The notes: generated by a model not told the origin, from the letters alone. A stretch of DNA of 63,118 nucleotides, filler included, from Octopus bimaculoides (GCF_001194135.2; 6 parts of 5 records of this genome joined end to end with filler, not necessarily neighbours in it); one strand, 5' to 3'. Counted from the first letter of the whole stretch, positions 1 to 12,950 are shown. A program made the numbers and translations.

Positions 1-130
1 CAGACACACAAACACACACACACACACACGCACACACACGCACACACACGCACACACACACACACACGCACATACACACACACACACACACACACTCTCT
101 CTCTCTCTCACACTCTCACACACACACACA
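1..130. repeat. (CA)n/(CT)n compound microsatellite
   Basis: Direct reading: cacacacacg/cacaca runs followed by ctctct. Confidence 0.95.
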
Positions 131-140
131 TAGACATATA

Positions 141-306
141 TACGACAGGCTTCTTTCAGTTTCCGTATACCAAATCCACTCGCAAGGCTTTGGTCGGCCC
201 GAGGCTATAGTAGAAGACACTTGCCCAAGGTGCCGCGCAGTGAGACTGAATCTGGAACCTTGTGGTTGGTAAGCAAGCTACTTACCACGCAGCCACTCAT
301 ACGCCT
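141..306 (-). mobile_element. tRNA-derived SINE, family 'A' (my label)
   Basis: Reverse complement reads aggcgtatgagtggctgcgtggtaag (A box-like) ... ggttccagattcagtctc (B box-like) ... ccttgggcaagtgtcttctactatagcc (CORE-like) ... gaaagaagcctgtcgta. Near-identical copies at 14419, 16816, 31415 and 32181. Confidence 0.9.
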
Positions 307-472
307 ATCTACTACAAAAATCAGCATTGCTGAGACCTGCAAGAATTCTTCGCTGGGCTCATGAAGCATGACCATTAAACAAGTAACATCTTAGTCTGCT
401 GGCAGTGGACAGCCGACACTTTCCACCATACCCAGTTAAGTAAGCTGAGAGTTTTCATCAAGGAATAATAAT

Positions 473-1444
473 GACTTCTTTTATTTGTCACCAGGGCAAC
501 AAATGTAGGGCACAATAAAAAAGGCGACCAGCGTGTAGATATTTCTATTGAATGAAACGATTAGAAGGAAATGTAGAAAGTATACACAGCATACAATAAA
601 AACTAAGTATGCGTATATATTATACATCAGGAACAATTAGGTGACAGTGATGTGCTCCTCCTGTTACAAGAGGACGTCTAGGGACAGTCGAATAAGAACA
701 CCATCGAATATCTCCCTTAACTCCAAGGGTAAGTGCCCGCTCCAGTTCCATTTCTCCGACTCTCAATCCTATCTATATTTTGAGTGGTACCACTCACTTT
801 TTCAAAAAATTCGCTCAAGAACAGCACCTCCCTCTATATCCTCTATACTTTACTTTTCAAGGCTATCGTGAAAAAGTTGAGGAGGGATCAGCAAAGAAGA
901 GTGTCTCTGTCAAATTAGTGCAGCAGACAGAGGAAGAAGGCCTTACCTGTCCGATTAAAAAGTGGCAGAAGGGCAATCATTTATACAGCTTCGGCCGACA
1001 GACGGATCTGTTCTACACGAGACCATAGCTGTTCGGCATAACTCCACCACTCAGCAATTCACGAACACTCACTGATTGCTTTCAGAACAGTTTCGTCGCT
1101 CTGCGCTCATCTCAGAGACGCACATTTAATATAACATCCGTATCTATACAGCTTATCGCGAACTAGTTTTACAACCCGATAGCACTGTCAGACACAGGAG
1201 TTCTGAAATTATCCATGGTACTTCTCAATTGGAATGTCCACCAGTAAACAGTAGTCAGTTCGTTTCTATCGATGCTCACAACCTCCCCGAAAGGGGCATC
1301 ACACGTCCCCACCACTTATCGTCTATATGTTGTTAAAGTGGGAGATCCATCAATTCCATTGCCAGTCTGTGGGAGGAATGTGGTCAGGTGACGAAAAACC
1401 AGGTTCCTGGAGTCTCGGGAACCCTTCACCCAGGACCAGCTAAG
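473..1444 (-). mobile_element. Decayed L1/Tx1-clade LINE: ORF2 C-terminal region plus 3' UTR
   Basis: Hand translation of the minus strand gives ...DRNELTTVYWWTF...MDNF...CYR.V.KLVRDKLYRYG....C..R*AQSDETVLKAISECS*IAEWWSYAEQLWSRV...LLNFF..ALKSKV*RI*REVLFLSEF. This matches the post-RT cysteine/zinc-knuckle region of L1/Tx1 ORF2 (LPVRDKL; CxxC..ETxxHxxxEC..W), with stops and frameshifts. It ends in ...ccctggtgacaaataaaagaa near 473. Confidence 0.75.
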
Positions 1445-2913
1445 TCACAATATATATATATATATATATATATATANNNNNNNNNNNNNNNNNNNNNNNN
1501 NNNNNNNNNNNNNNNNNNNNNNNNNNNNNNNNNNNNNNNNNNNNNNNNNNNNNNNNNNNNNNNNNNNNNNNNNNNNNNNNNNNNNNNNNNNNNNNNNNNN
1601 NNNNNNNNNNNNNNNNNNNNNNNNNNNNNNNNNNNNNNNNNNNNNNNNNNNNNNNNNNNNNNNNNNNNNNNNNNNNNNNNNNNNNNNNNNNNNNNNNNNN
1701 NNNNNNNNNNNNNNNNNNNNNNNNNNNNNNNNNNNNNNNNNNNNNNNNNNNNNNNNNNNNNNNNNNNNNNNNNNNNNNNNNNNNNNNNNNNNNNNNNNNN
1801 NNNNNNNNNNNNNNNNNNNNNNNNNNNNNNNNNNNNNNNNNNNNNNNNNNNNNNNNNNNNNNNNNNNNNNNNNNNNNNNNNNNNNNNNNNNNNNNNNNNN
1901 NNNNNNTATATATATATATATGCGTGTGTGCGTATATATAAATATATACACGTTAATATATGTATATATGTATTAATATATAAGTGTGAGAATGTTTTTT
2001 ATAAATTTGTTATAAGTTGATATATGCCACAGGCGTAGCTATTGATTTCACGATTATAATAGTCGCATAATTACAAAAATTTACTGGCGGACAATTTGTT
2101 TATGAATAGATATATTCTGTGTATGCAAAAATCTAAAACCTTAGGGATGACCGTCATACACCGCTTTGTCTGCAATGGCGTATATGAACAATGTTCTTTT
2201 TTTCACAAAATTATTACGTGAGAACAAAATATAACAGTCGTATATGTATATTTACTTGTTTATAAAATATACTTAACAAATAAAAAATATGACGTGTTGA
2301 TACGTATATCTTAATGCGAAAATGAGTAAGAATATAAAACAGGGATGGAAGCATTGGAATATAAATACAGAATATTCTGTATAAAAAGATGGAAAAAATG
2401 ATGAAGATGCTGATGTTGATGGTGATGATAGTATTGCTAATATCCATGCATGTATTGTTTTCCTCTCTTCGTTTCTTTTCCTAGCACTGCAAAATTCTTA
2501 ATCCAACGGCAATGACGCTTTTGCCGCCGCGTTGTGCTTTCAAACAAATCACAATCACATACTAATCATATGTGCATATTCATAAGAGCATGCCCTCGCT
2601 GTGCTCACACGCACATTGTCACTCAATCCAGATGTAAATACCTACACATCATCCATGCAGATAAGCACGCACACATTCACATCTACACGTATTAATACAG
2701 AAATGTATATACTCACGTACAACTGATATTCACATGCAGAGACAACCCTACATGCTTCCGTAACATATACGTATTCACATGCGAAAACGGCAGACACTCG
2801 CGAGTGCTACTTTGACGTGTGATCTACAACTTCAAGGGCGATTACTCTAGGTTAGGATTTAGTGTATTTACGTTGCAAAACTCGCAGCTGCCAGACTTGT
2901 GTGATCTACGCGC

Positions 2914-3283
2914 TTATTACCTCCGTCTTCGCTAAGGCGGTGGTATTGTTTACAGTCGCTTCTGTTTGTATGTCCGTGGACAAGACATCTCAAGAACCGC
3001 TGGCTGGATTCGGATGAAACTTTCAGGGATGTTTGGCCTCGTAACTGGCACGAACTGCCTAGATTTTGGGATCGGTCAGGTACCGGGCAAATATTCTGGA
3101 TAATTTTTCCTGTTATTTTTATTTAATCTTTGAGAGCGGTCAGGTTCAATTTTAGTATTCTTATCTGTACGAGCAGTCGAATTTATTTCAGATATTCTCA
3201 TTTTAGAAATCATCTCCGGCTAATCGTTCAGAGGACGTTGGTGTTGCTTTGGCAGAAGTTTACGCTCTCTCAGTGCTCTTGTT
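2914..3283 (+). mobile_element. Helentron-type (DINE-1/HINE-like) non-autonomous rolling-circle element
   Basis: Starts with the ttattacctccg..gctaaggcgg hairpin, then a ctgtttgtatgtccgt microsatellite-like stretch and ggattcggatgaaacttt...tagattttgggatcgg. Ends ggcagaagtttacgctctctcagtgctcttgtt, which resembles the sub-terminal inverted repeat end of these elements. Confidence 0.7.
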
Positions 3284-3843
3284 TTAGTTATTATCTTGTT
3301 TATTCTTGGTTTCTTCTTNNNNNNNNNNNNNNNNNNNNNNNNNNNNNNNNNNNNNNNNNNNNNNNNNNNNNNNNNNNNNNNNNNNNNNNNNNNNNNNNNN
3401 NNNNNNNNNNNNNNNNNNNNNNNNNNNNNNNNNNNNNNNNNNNNNNNNNNNNNNNNNNNNNNNNNNNNNNNNNNNNNNNNNNNNNNNNNNNNNNNNNNNN
3501 NNNNNNNNNNNNNNNNNNNNNNNNNNNNNNNNNNNNNNNNNNNNNNNNNNNNNNNNNNNNNNNNNNNNNNNNNNNNNNNNNNNNNNNNNNNNNNNNNNNN
3601 NNNNNNNNNNNNNNNNNNNNNNNNNNNNNNNNNNNNNNNNNNNNNNNNNNNNNNNNNNNNNNNNNNNNNNNNNNNNNNNNNNNNNNNNNNNNNNNNNNNN
3701 NNNNNNNNNNNNNNNNNNNNNNNNNNNNNNNNNNNNNNNNNNNNNNNNNNNNNNNNNNNNNNNNNNNNNNNNNNNNNNNNNNNNNNNNNNNNNNNNNNNN
3801 NNNNNNNNNNNACAAGGTTTAGTGGCGAGCGATTTATCATGGC

Positions 3844-3919
<76 letters not shown>

Positions 3920-4290
3920 ATACGTATATGCACATGCGCGTGTGTGTCTGCAAGTGCCAGTGTGTGTGTATAAATGGGTTTGTTCTGTAGACGGAAAATC
4001 TGGTCATTGCAGCCCAGTACGAGTGGGAAATCGAGTAATTAAAATCTAAATTAGCATAACGCACACTATTTTTATGCATCATTGAAATTTGAAGGTTGTG
4101 AACCTTTTGAAAAGATATGAGTTTTGGCACTTACCTGAAATATTCCATTGTGGGTCTGGCGTGGTGCAACATAGAAATGGACCGTGTATCATCAATAAAA
4201 CCCAAAGAAATGGAAAAAACTGGTTTCGCATTGTTTTAATTGTAATAATCTGTCGAAGAAAAATAACTTGATTTCTTTAAGATCACAAAA

Positions 4291-4472
4291 TACGAGGTTT
4301 GATCAATAAGTATCTGGACTGTTACCATAGTAACGATGCTAAAGTACACAGAGTAAAGCTGCTTGGCACCGACTGACCTTAATCTCTGCTGTGTATGTTC
4401 ACTAAGTTTTAACGTTTTAGTCCACTTCCGCCGTTTACAGCAGTACTTAGAAGAAAGGTGTGCTTAGCATTT
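4291..4472 (+). mobile_element. Mariner-like DNA transposon 5' end, interrupted by a SINE head
   Basis: TA followed by cgaggtttgatcaataagtatctggact, a mariner-type TIR start. The sequence is cut at ~4471 by a minus-strand SINE-B head (cttagcatttcgcccggcgtgctaaccattctgccacctcaccgcc, to ~4510). Confidence 0.6.
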
Positions 4473-5212
4473 CGCCCGGCGTGCTAACCATTCTGCCACC
4501 TCACCGCCTTCAATCGACATGAATATTAAAATTTGGAAGCCAGAAGTTTTAGAATATTTACATATAATGCTTAAATTCTGTGTTCAAATCTCATGCTTGC
4601 CGACATTTAAGTTTTTACCCTTAGATTTCGATAAAATATAACGAAAAACAAACAAAAAGAAATAAATGGAGAGGATATTGAATCAATCGAGTTTAGCCTT
4701 TCCCTCTAATTTACAGTGTTGATTGGATGAAAAAAAACAAACAAATCAATACTTTCACAATTATACAGATCATGGTACCCCAACATGCTTATTACCCCCT
4801 GACTTGGAATAAACGAAAAAAAAAAAAAAAAAAAAAANNNNNNNNNNNNNNNNNNNNNNNNNNNNNNNNNNNNNNNNNNNNNNNNNNNNNNNNNNNNNNN
4901 NNNNNNNNNNNNNNNNNNNNNNNNNNNNNNNNNNNNNNNNNNNNNNNNNNNNNNNNNNNNNNNNNNNNNNNNNNNNNNNNNNNNNNNNNNNNNNNNNNNN
5001 NNNNNNNNNNNNNNNNNNNNNNNNNNNNNNNNNNNNNNNNNNNNNNNNNNNNNNNNNNNNNNNNNNNNNNNNNNNNNNNNNNNNNNNNNNNNNNNNNNNN
5101 NNNNNNNNNNNNNNNNNNNNNNNNNNNNNNNNNNNNNNNNNNNNNNNNNNNNNNNNNNNNNNNNNNNNNNNNNNNNNNNNNNNNNNNNNNNNNNNNNNNN
5201 NNNNNNNNNNNN

Positions 5213-5497
5213 AGCGGCAGACGAAATACCGCTAAGCATTTCGCCCGGTGTGCTAACGTTTCTTATTTCTTTATTGCCCACAAGGGGCTACACATAGAGG
5301 TGACAAACAAGGACAGACAAAGGGATTAAGTCGATTACATCGAACCTCACTATGCAACTGGTACTTAATGTATCGACCCCGAAAGGAGGAAAGGCAAAGT
5401 CGAGCTCGGCAGAATTTGAACTCAGAACGTAGCGGCAGACGAAATACCACTGAGCATTTCGCCCGGCGTGCTAACGTTTCTGCCAGCTCGCCGCCGC
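5213..5497 (-). mobile_element. tRNA-derived SINE family 'B': one full copy (5264-5497) plus an adjacent 5'-clipped head (5213-5263)
   Basis: Reverse complement: ggcggcgagctggcagaaacgttagcacgccgggcgaaatgc...gttctgagttcaaattctgccgagctcgactttgcctttcctcctttcggggtcgata...aagtaccagttg..., with tail ccccttgtgggcaataaagaaata. Confidence 0.9.
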
Positions 5498-5501
5498 CCT
5501 C

Positions 5502-5648
5502 TTTGAGTGTGAATTCTGCCGAGCTCAACTTCACATTCATCCTTTCGGAGTCGATGAAATAAATACCAGTTGACCACTGGGGTCGATGTAGTCGAATTGC
5601 CCTTTCCCTCAAAATTGCTGGCCATATGCTCAGATTTGAAATCAATAT
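5502..5648 (+). mobile_element. SINE family B body and tail, head-to-head with the preceding copy
   Basis: gagtgtgaattctgccgagctcaacttcacattcatcctttcggagtcgatgaaataaataccagttgaccactggggtcgatgtagtcga...aaaattgctggcc...atttgaaatc. Confidence 0.85.
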
Positions 5649-6366
5649 CAAATTTTCTTGTACAGGTAGACACTCACTTATGCAAGCACTCGTATATGTA
5701 AAATTTAGATGTCAATAATTGTGAAAGAACCATTTGATAAATAATTTTTTGCATGCGACAATCTTGTTAAAATGCAAACAAAAATAAAAGAGTATATATA
5801 AGTATATATATATATATATATATTACCTAATTGTCGATCAGGCTATGAATTTTCTGTCCGCTTTCTTCCTTGATGTGTGTGTTACTTGAAGTGTCAGTAA
5901 TTAGGAACAATAGACGTTATATCAGAAAAAAAAATGCTGTTCGACTGAAGTAGGAATATGACAGATTATAAAATTATTTTTGTTTTACTTAAATGTTTAG
6001 CTCGAAATGTCAGTACCCTCTTAGTCACGCGAAATACGATCTTATCAAAATGTGTAGTTCACTGACAAATTAGTTGTACTTAGGATTTTTTTCCCCAACA
6101 TTCTTGATTCAAATCATCTGGAGGTCACCATCAACATTTCAGTCATTCGTTGTTTGATAACTAATGTACGTGGTAAATACTTGGATCGATTTAACCGATA
6201 ATAACTGCCATTAAGACGTATATCCTTGAGCAAATGTAAATAACCAAAGCGTCTAAATATTAACCAGATTTAGCTGAATATTTATATTTCAAATAAGGTA
6301 AACATCTCCTCCGTGACAGTAACAGCAAAGTGATTGTTTCTCCTTATTCACCGCTCATTTTTGTTA

Positions 6367-6367
<1 letters not shown>

Positions 6368-6436
<69 letters not shown>
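6368..6436. repeat. (TTA)n microsatellite
   Basis: Direct reading. Confidence 0.95.
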
Positions 6437-6994
6437 GGTTTTGTTATTATCTTAGTTCAAATCCTGCCGTGGTCTTTGAAATAAATGTTAGTCTTACATC
6501 AACTTTGACTATATCTAACTGGATTTGTATCACTGTTCAACTAAAAAAAAGAAAAAAAAGAAAAGAAAATAAACATGGCCTTGTGCCTATGCTAGACATA
6601 GTAATAAGTATTAGAAAACGAATTTTGCAGACGATAGCTAAAACGCTAAGTATGTTTTTTTTTAAATTTTTATTTTTAATACTTGAAAGAATATACTAGA
6701 ACAAACCGGCAAGCTCACACACACAAATACATAGTCATATATTCGAATACATACACACATACAAACACACATATAAACACACATAGATAAACACACGTAT
6801 ATGAACATAAGCATTACTTCTATTTATTTATTTAGTAGTTAGTTATTTTATATATTCGTTTGTTTATTTGTCTGAAAGTGGGTTGGCTCAATGGAAATGA
6901 TAGCTTTAAAATACCATTATAATGTTTCTACTTGAAGTTTTTTTTTTCAGAATAGTCTTTTATTTTAGTTTTATCGCTGCTAATTTTCTATTCT

Positions 6995-7619
6995 TTGTCT
7001 GACTATTTTGTTACTTTCTTTACGTGTCTCTCTTTCTCTCATCCACGACTTTTCTCTTTTATACCTTGCATCTCATTCTCTTCTTTCTTTCATTCTGACT
7101 CTCTCAATGTATCACTCTTTTTTAATAACTCAACCTCACCTATTTCCCCCCCCCTCTCTCTCTCTCTCTCTCACTCGCTCTGTATCTTTCTTTCAATCTT
7201 TCCCCCTCTCTCTCTCACTATGACGTACTTTTCTCTCTCTCCCTTCTCTCTTACTGTCACTATTCCTCCCTCTTGTCTCTGTTAGTGCTACTTTCTTATT
7301 GTCATTCTCATTCTTCTTTTTCTGCCATTTTGTCACATTTTCATTCTTCCTATGTCATACTATTTCTGTCTCACTTCTCCCTCTCTCCTTCACTTTCTCT
7401 TCCTTTCTCTGTCCTTATATATCTCCCAGTCTCTCCCAGTCTCTCCCCCTCTCTCTCTTTAACTTTGTACATCTCTCTCTGTCCTTGTATCTCTCTCTCT
7501 GTCTTTGTACATCTCTCTCTCTTTGTATCTCTTTCTCTCTCTTTGTATCTCTCTCTCTCTTTGTATCTCTCTCTCTGTCTTTGTATCTCTCTCTGCCTTC
7601 GTATCTCTCTCTGTCTTTG

Positions 7620-7651
<32 letters not shown>

Positions 7652-9580
7652 TTTCTCTCTCTCTCTCTCTCTCCTATTTTCTATCTCTCTTTATAACTCC
7701 CACTCTCCCCCACATTCTTTCGCCTATGTATTTGACTTCATCTGTCTTTGCTTCTCTTTGTCCACCTCTCTCACCTCCTCCTCTCCCTTTTGCACTTAAA
7801 AACCCTCCTCGCTTTCTCTCTATCTCCCTTTCTTTACATGTATTTATCTGGCTCGTTCTCTCTCACTATTACTATTTATCTCCCCTTACTTCTTTCCCTC
7901 GCTTTTCCCTTTATTTTATCATTCTATTTCTTGCTGTCTCTGCTAAACTGAATAAGATTTTCATTACAGCTCCAACTCTCTCTCGGCGCCATTTTGTTTT
8001 AATCTCAAAATGTTTACAGCTTCCCTCGAAGTTTCCATCCTCTCTACATCCCCTCGTTTTTATTCACTTATTTTCTCTTTCTTTCTCTATTTTCTTTCTG
8101 TCTCCATCGTCACTATCTTCATCAATTTCTCATTCTTACTTCTTCTCTCTTCATTTCATTTCTTTCGCTTGTTTATTTCGTTCTCCCCTCCATTCTATAG
8201 CCTATCTACCCTTTTCTCCTCCATCTTGTTGTTGTTGTTGTTGTCCTTCTTCTTCTTCTTCTTCTTCTTCTTCTTCTTCTTCTTCTTCTTCTTCTTCTTC
8301 ACTTTCTTCTTCTTCTTCACTTTCTTCTTCTTCACTTTCTTCTTCTTCTTCACTTTCTTCTTCTTCACTTTCTTCTTCTTCTTCTTCTTCTTCTTCACTT
8401 CANNNNNNNNNNTTCTTCACTTTCTTCTTCTTCACTTTCTTCTTCTTCTTCACTTTCTTCTTCTTCACTTTCTTCTTCTTCTTCTTCTTCTTCTTCACTT
8501 CATTCTTCTTCTTCATTCATTCTTCTTCTTCTTCACTTTTTTCTTCTTCACTTTTTTCTTCTTCACTTCCTTCTTCTTCTTCTTCTTCTTCACTTTCTTC
8601 TCCTTCACTTTCTTTTTCTTCTTCTTCTTCTTCTTCTTCTTCTTCTTCTTCTTCTCTATCACCTTCTTCTTCTTCTTCTTCTTCTTCTTCTTCTTCACTT
8701 TCTTCACCTTCTTCACTTTCTTCTCCTTCACTTTCTTTTTCTTCTTCTTCTTCTTCTCCTTCTTCTTCTTCTTCTTCTTCTTCTTCACTTCATTCTTCTT
8801 CTTCATTCATTCTTCTTCTTCTTCACTTTTTTCTTCTTCACTTTTTTCTTCTTCACTTTTTTCTTCTTCACTTTTTTCTTCTTCACTTCCTTCTTCTTCA
8901 CTTTTTTCTTCTTCACTTCCTTCTTCTTCTTCTTCTTCTTCTTCTTCTTCTTCTTCACTTTCTTCACCTTCTTCACTTTCTTCTTCTTCTTCTTCTTCTT
9001 CTTCTTCTTCTTTTTCTCTTTCACCTTCTTCTTCTTCTTCTTCTTCTTCTTCTTCTTCTTCTTCTTCTTCTTCTTCTTCTTCTTCTTCTTCTCCACTTTA
9101 TTCGTCTTTAATTTCTTTATCTGTCCTATTCTCTACGCATACCTGCCTTTCTTTTTCAATCTTCCCCTCTTCCACCCTTCCCCCTCTCCCCTCTCTCACT
9201 ATCATACTTTCTCCCTCTTTATCTCTCTGACCAGCGCTGCATTTCCCCCCAATCACTCCACCTCCTCCTTCTTCTTCCTAACCACTTTCTCTCTCTTTGC
9301 CTCAGACTGTATGCAACACTATATAATCCATTCGTTGTATCACTCTTTAGATCTCCGTCTCTCTTTCCCCGCTCCTTCTATGTCTCTCTCTCGTTCTTTT
9401 ACTCTCTCGTTCTTTTATTCTTTTCCTCCCTCCCTGAATTTCTCTCCAATTCTTTTACTCTATCTCTCCCCATTTCACATTCACACATACAGTCTTACCT
9501 TCTCTTTCTCTCACTCATTTTTCTATCATTTACTCGTTTTTTTTTCTTCTTCTGTTTTCAGCATCCATTATCTTTTATTT
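6995..9580. repeat. ~2.6-kb polypyrimidine (+ strand) low-complexity tract: CT repeats, a ~20-bp ctttgtatctctctctct minisatellite (~7450-7620) and a (TTC)n compound array (~8245-9095)
   Basis: Direct reading. It explains the spurious S/F/L/K-rich ORFs in the track. Confidence 0.95.
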
Positions 9581-10284
9581 CAACTTTGGTATTAACTTCT
9601 CATTAATTTGTATCTACTTTTTAACCATTTTTAGCCCGAAGCTTCAATTGGTTCACAAAAATAAATAAATAAATAAATAAATAAACGGATACTTAAATAA
9701 ACAAATAGAATGATTAAATAAAAAAATATATAAATGAAATAAATAAACAAACATAAAATTAAACAAATAATTGAAATACATAAATGAATAAAGAAATTAT
9801 AAAGAAATAAAGAACATAAAGGGAGACTTGGTTTTTTTTCTGTTTTTCTTTTTAGTGAAACGTATATACACACACGTATATATACACACACACGTATATA
9901 TATACACACACGTATATATATACACAGAGAGAAGAAGAAGCCACACACGTAACGCTTACTTATACACTCGCGTATTATATATACCCACAAAGCATTTCAA
10001 TCACATGCTTACTCAGTTTAGTGGTGTATCCAAAGCAAACGTATAATATACTCTAACAAATGCATAGAGAAATATATACATGCATACATGCACGTAGTCA
10101 AACGCACATGTGTGTACATACACGCAGCCACATGAGACACACTTCAGAACACGAACTTACGAAGTAAACCGCATTTATAGAGACACACATAGACATAAAT
10201 AGACATCCTAATATACTAACATATAATCCGAAAGACACACATATTCATACATACGTACATAAGTACAAAGAGACCTACACACAG

Positions 10285-10321
<37 letters not shown>

Positions 10322-10500
10322 ATGGATGTATGTATGTATGTGTGTATGTATGTATGTATGTGTGTATGCATGTATGTATGTATGTATGTCGTAGTGTGAA
10401 AATACACAACTTTACATACAACTATATAAATATACAATAAAACACTTACGTATATAGATATGAGAGCACAACATCAATAACACGCAGATATTTTCATTAT

Positions 10501-10540
<40 letters not shown>

Positions 10541-10543
10541 ACC

Positions 10544-10585
<42 letters not shown>

Positions 10586-10799
10586 TAAACCACAGTATAG
10601 ACATAGATACAAAGAAGTGGACTTTATCTTGTGTTTTCTTATGAAACTCTGAAGATAAAAGCTTCAGCATTTTTCTTATGAAATTCCAAAGACAAAAGCG
10701 TGAATGTTTTTCTTGTAAGATATACAAGACAAAAGCGGAAAGGATTTGAAGCAACTGAAAAATAAATCCAGCGTTTAATTTATGTTGTAGTAATGGACA

Positions 10800-11396
10800 G
10801 GTGGTATTATCCGCTATTCCCGATACACGTCCAGACCGAAAAGAACTTTTAGCTTTTACTAATGTACAGCATATCTACTTCTGATCTTAGATTAAAGCTC
10901 ATAATTCAGATGTAGCGTTTACATCCTCAGAAGTAACTGACATTAAAGACGATATTTTGTAATAGAAACAGTGTGTATGTGCCAACGTCAATAAAATACA
11001 CGGCTGAGTGTTTCATTGATTATCTACAAATTTAATTTGTTCTGAAAATCCAGAAGCAAGATGTGCTCTTATACACATTTTGATTTATCATATCAACTAA
11101 AACAACACAGTCGACAGAGCTATCAAGGGATCACTTCAGAAAGGATATTATGTTATGACGAGTTTGCAGTTGTAGTTAAGGATAACGGCAAAAAATATTT
11201 GGATGCTCTTACTATTCACGAAACAGTAATAGCTATCGCCGAAAATAAACAAGTTTGTATATCAAAAGACAATCAAATGATGGCAGAAGTTGCGGAAGTT
11301 ACGTCAGATAGCAACCTGAAAGTCCTACAAGCGGAACGAATTAGTACGCTGCGTAAAAGTGTTTTTGGAGAAATTCCACTTCAAACAAGTATTTAA
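10800..11396 (+). other. Possible decayed coding fragment of unknown (probably transposon) origin
   Basis: 111-aa ORF of non-repetitive, protein-like composition (…ILCYDEFAVVVKDNGKKYLDALTIHETVIAIAENK…). No motif recognised. Confidence 0.25.
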
Positions 11397-12712
11397 GTAC
11401 CATTCTAGACACCGGAAAAAATCACTGTGCTTTCCAAATGCATAATGTTCTTACGAACTCACGCCACATTACTTCACTAAGTTCATTATCGTTTAATAGG
11501 CAATTAATTATTTTCACTGGTTTTGATATCAGCGCCTAGCTTTACTAGAAATAAGCTTCCAGTCGCATCAGTAGTACAACAAAGCCCGAGTTCCTTTGAA
11601 ATTTCCAGCCTTTTTTTTTTTTTGTCTGCAACATATCATGTCTTTTTCCAAATGCATTTCTAAGAAATCGTCAGTTATTTACGATATTGATCAAGAGTTC
11701 CTCTTAGACTGTACCTGATTTTATTTTCGTAGTGATTCAACGATACTCGCATTCTTCCGGGTCACCAGAGAATTAATTTATGGCATCTTGAGAGAGTATT
11801 CTTCAGCCTGTACAAAATAATAATATTAGCAGCAGCAACAACAAAGTGAACAACAGCAGCAGCTGCAACAGCAACAACAACAGCAGCACCACGGTCACTA
11901 TCAAAATGTATTTATGTCACTGTTCTAAGACACTAGCATAACATATTTGTAACAGATGTCTAGGAACCTCACCATAACCTATTTGTAGCCGTATTGTCCA
12001 GGCATACAACAATTTACTGGAAACATCCAGAGGTGCTGACCATAATAATTTTATAAAGTAATTTATGAAAAAAGGAAACTTTGTTTACATCTCTGTGACT
12101 ATAAGACAATATAAATACAATGTCATTCTCAAAACCTAGGTAGGTATATAATTTCGATGCTATTCCATACACTGACTATATTTGAAGAGCCATTCAAGAG
12201 CCCTTCCTTATTATATTTACGGATGCATTCTTGGAACCTACGAGAAAATATATTTTCGAAGCCATTTCAGAAATGTGCCAGAATTTGTTCAGCATGCTTT
12301 TCTAAGACAATGAAAAATTACTTACAACGGAGACACTATCTCAATTTGTCTACAACACCTTGAGAATCTATTTACAACGCAATTCTAGGATCTTAAAAGA
12401 GTATGTTTTAAAAAAGTAGTATTTATGGCGCCGTTCTGACACCTTACAAGGTTTCGACGCTATTCTAGGGACTAAACATTACCAAAGTTTAAGATATCGT
12501 TTTAAAGCTTTAACATATTTTATTTACGACAAAATCTTGGGATTGTATTCAACACTATTTCATGAGAATTTACAAAATATGAGAAGGTGCGTGGTTTAAT
12601 CTAGTTAGGTTATTCGGCTCACGATCTTTCGATTATGAGTTTAATTCCCAGCAGTGCGTTGTATCCTTCAGCAAAACACTTTATTTCTTGTTACCCCATT
12701 ATTATTAGTGGA

Positions 12713-12950
12713 GGGGCGTGGATTAGTGGCTACGGTGTTGGGCTCATGATCGTAAGATTGTGGATTTGATTCCTGGAAAGGGTGACGGGTTGTGTTCTTG
12801 AGCAAAACACTTCAATTCACGTTGCTCCAGTCCACTCAGCTGGCAAAAATGAGTAATCCTGCGAGGGACCAGCGACCCGTCCAGGTGGGGAATTTATGCG
12901 TTATGGAAACTGAGCCTTATGAGTCGGCATGGCTAGAGAAGGTAACAACT
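12713..12950 (+). mobile_element. tRNA-derived SINE: CORE-like middle plus V-domain-like tail
   Basis: ggggcgtggattagtggc head; ttcttgagcaaaacacttcaattcacgttgctccagtccactcagctgg middle; cctgcgagggaccagcgacccgtccagg tail. A more decayed head lies at ~12585-12690. Confidence 0.8.

Noticed and set aside
1085-1120. Hammerhead-like ctgagatgagcgcagagcgacgaaac on the minus strand
   Set aside because: It lies within the L1/Tx1 coding frame (…AQSDETVL…), needs indels in the core, and has no helix I or III; coincidence.
7273-9230. Long ORFs (612 aa, 406 aa, poly-K) across the CT/TTC tract
   Set aside because: They are open only because pyrimidine-rich simple repeats lack stop codons; there is no protein-like complexity.
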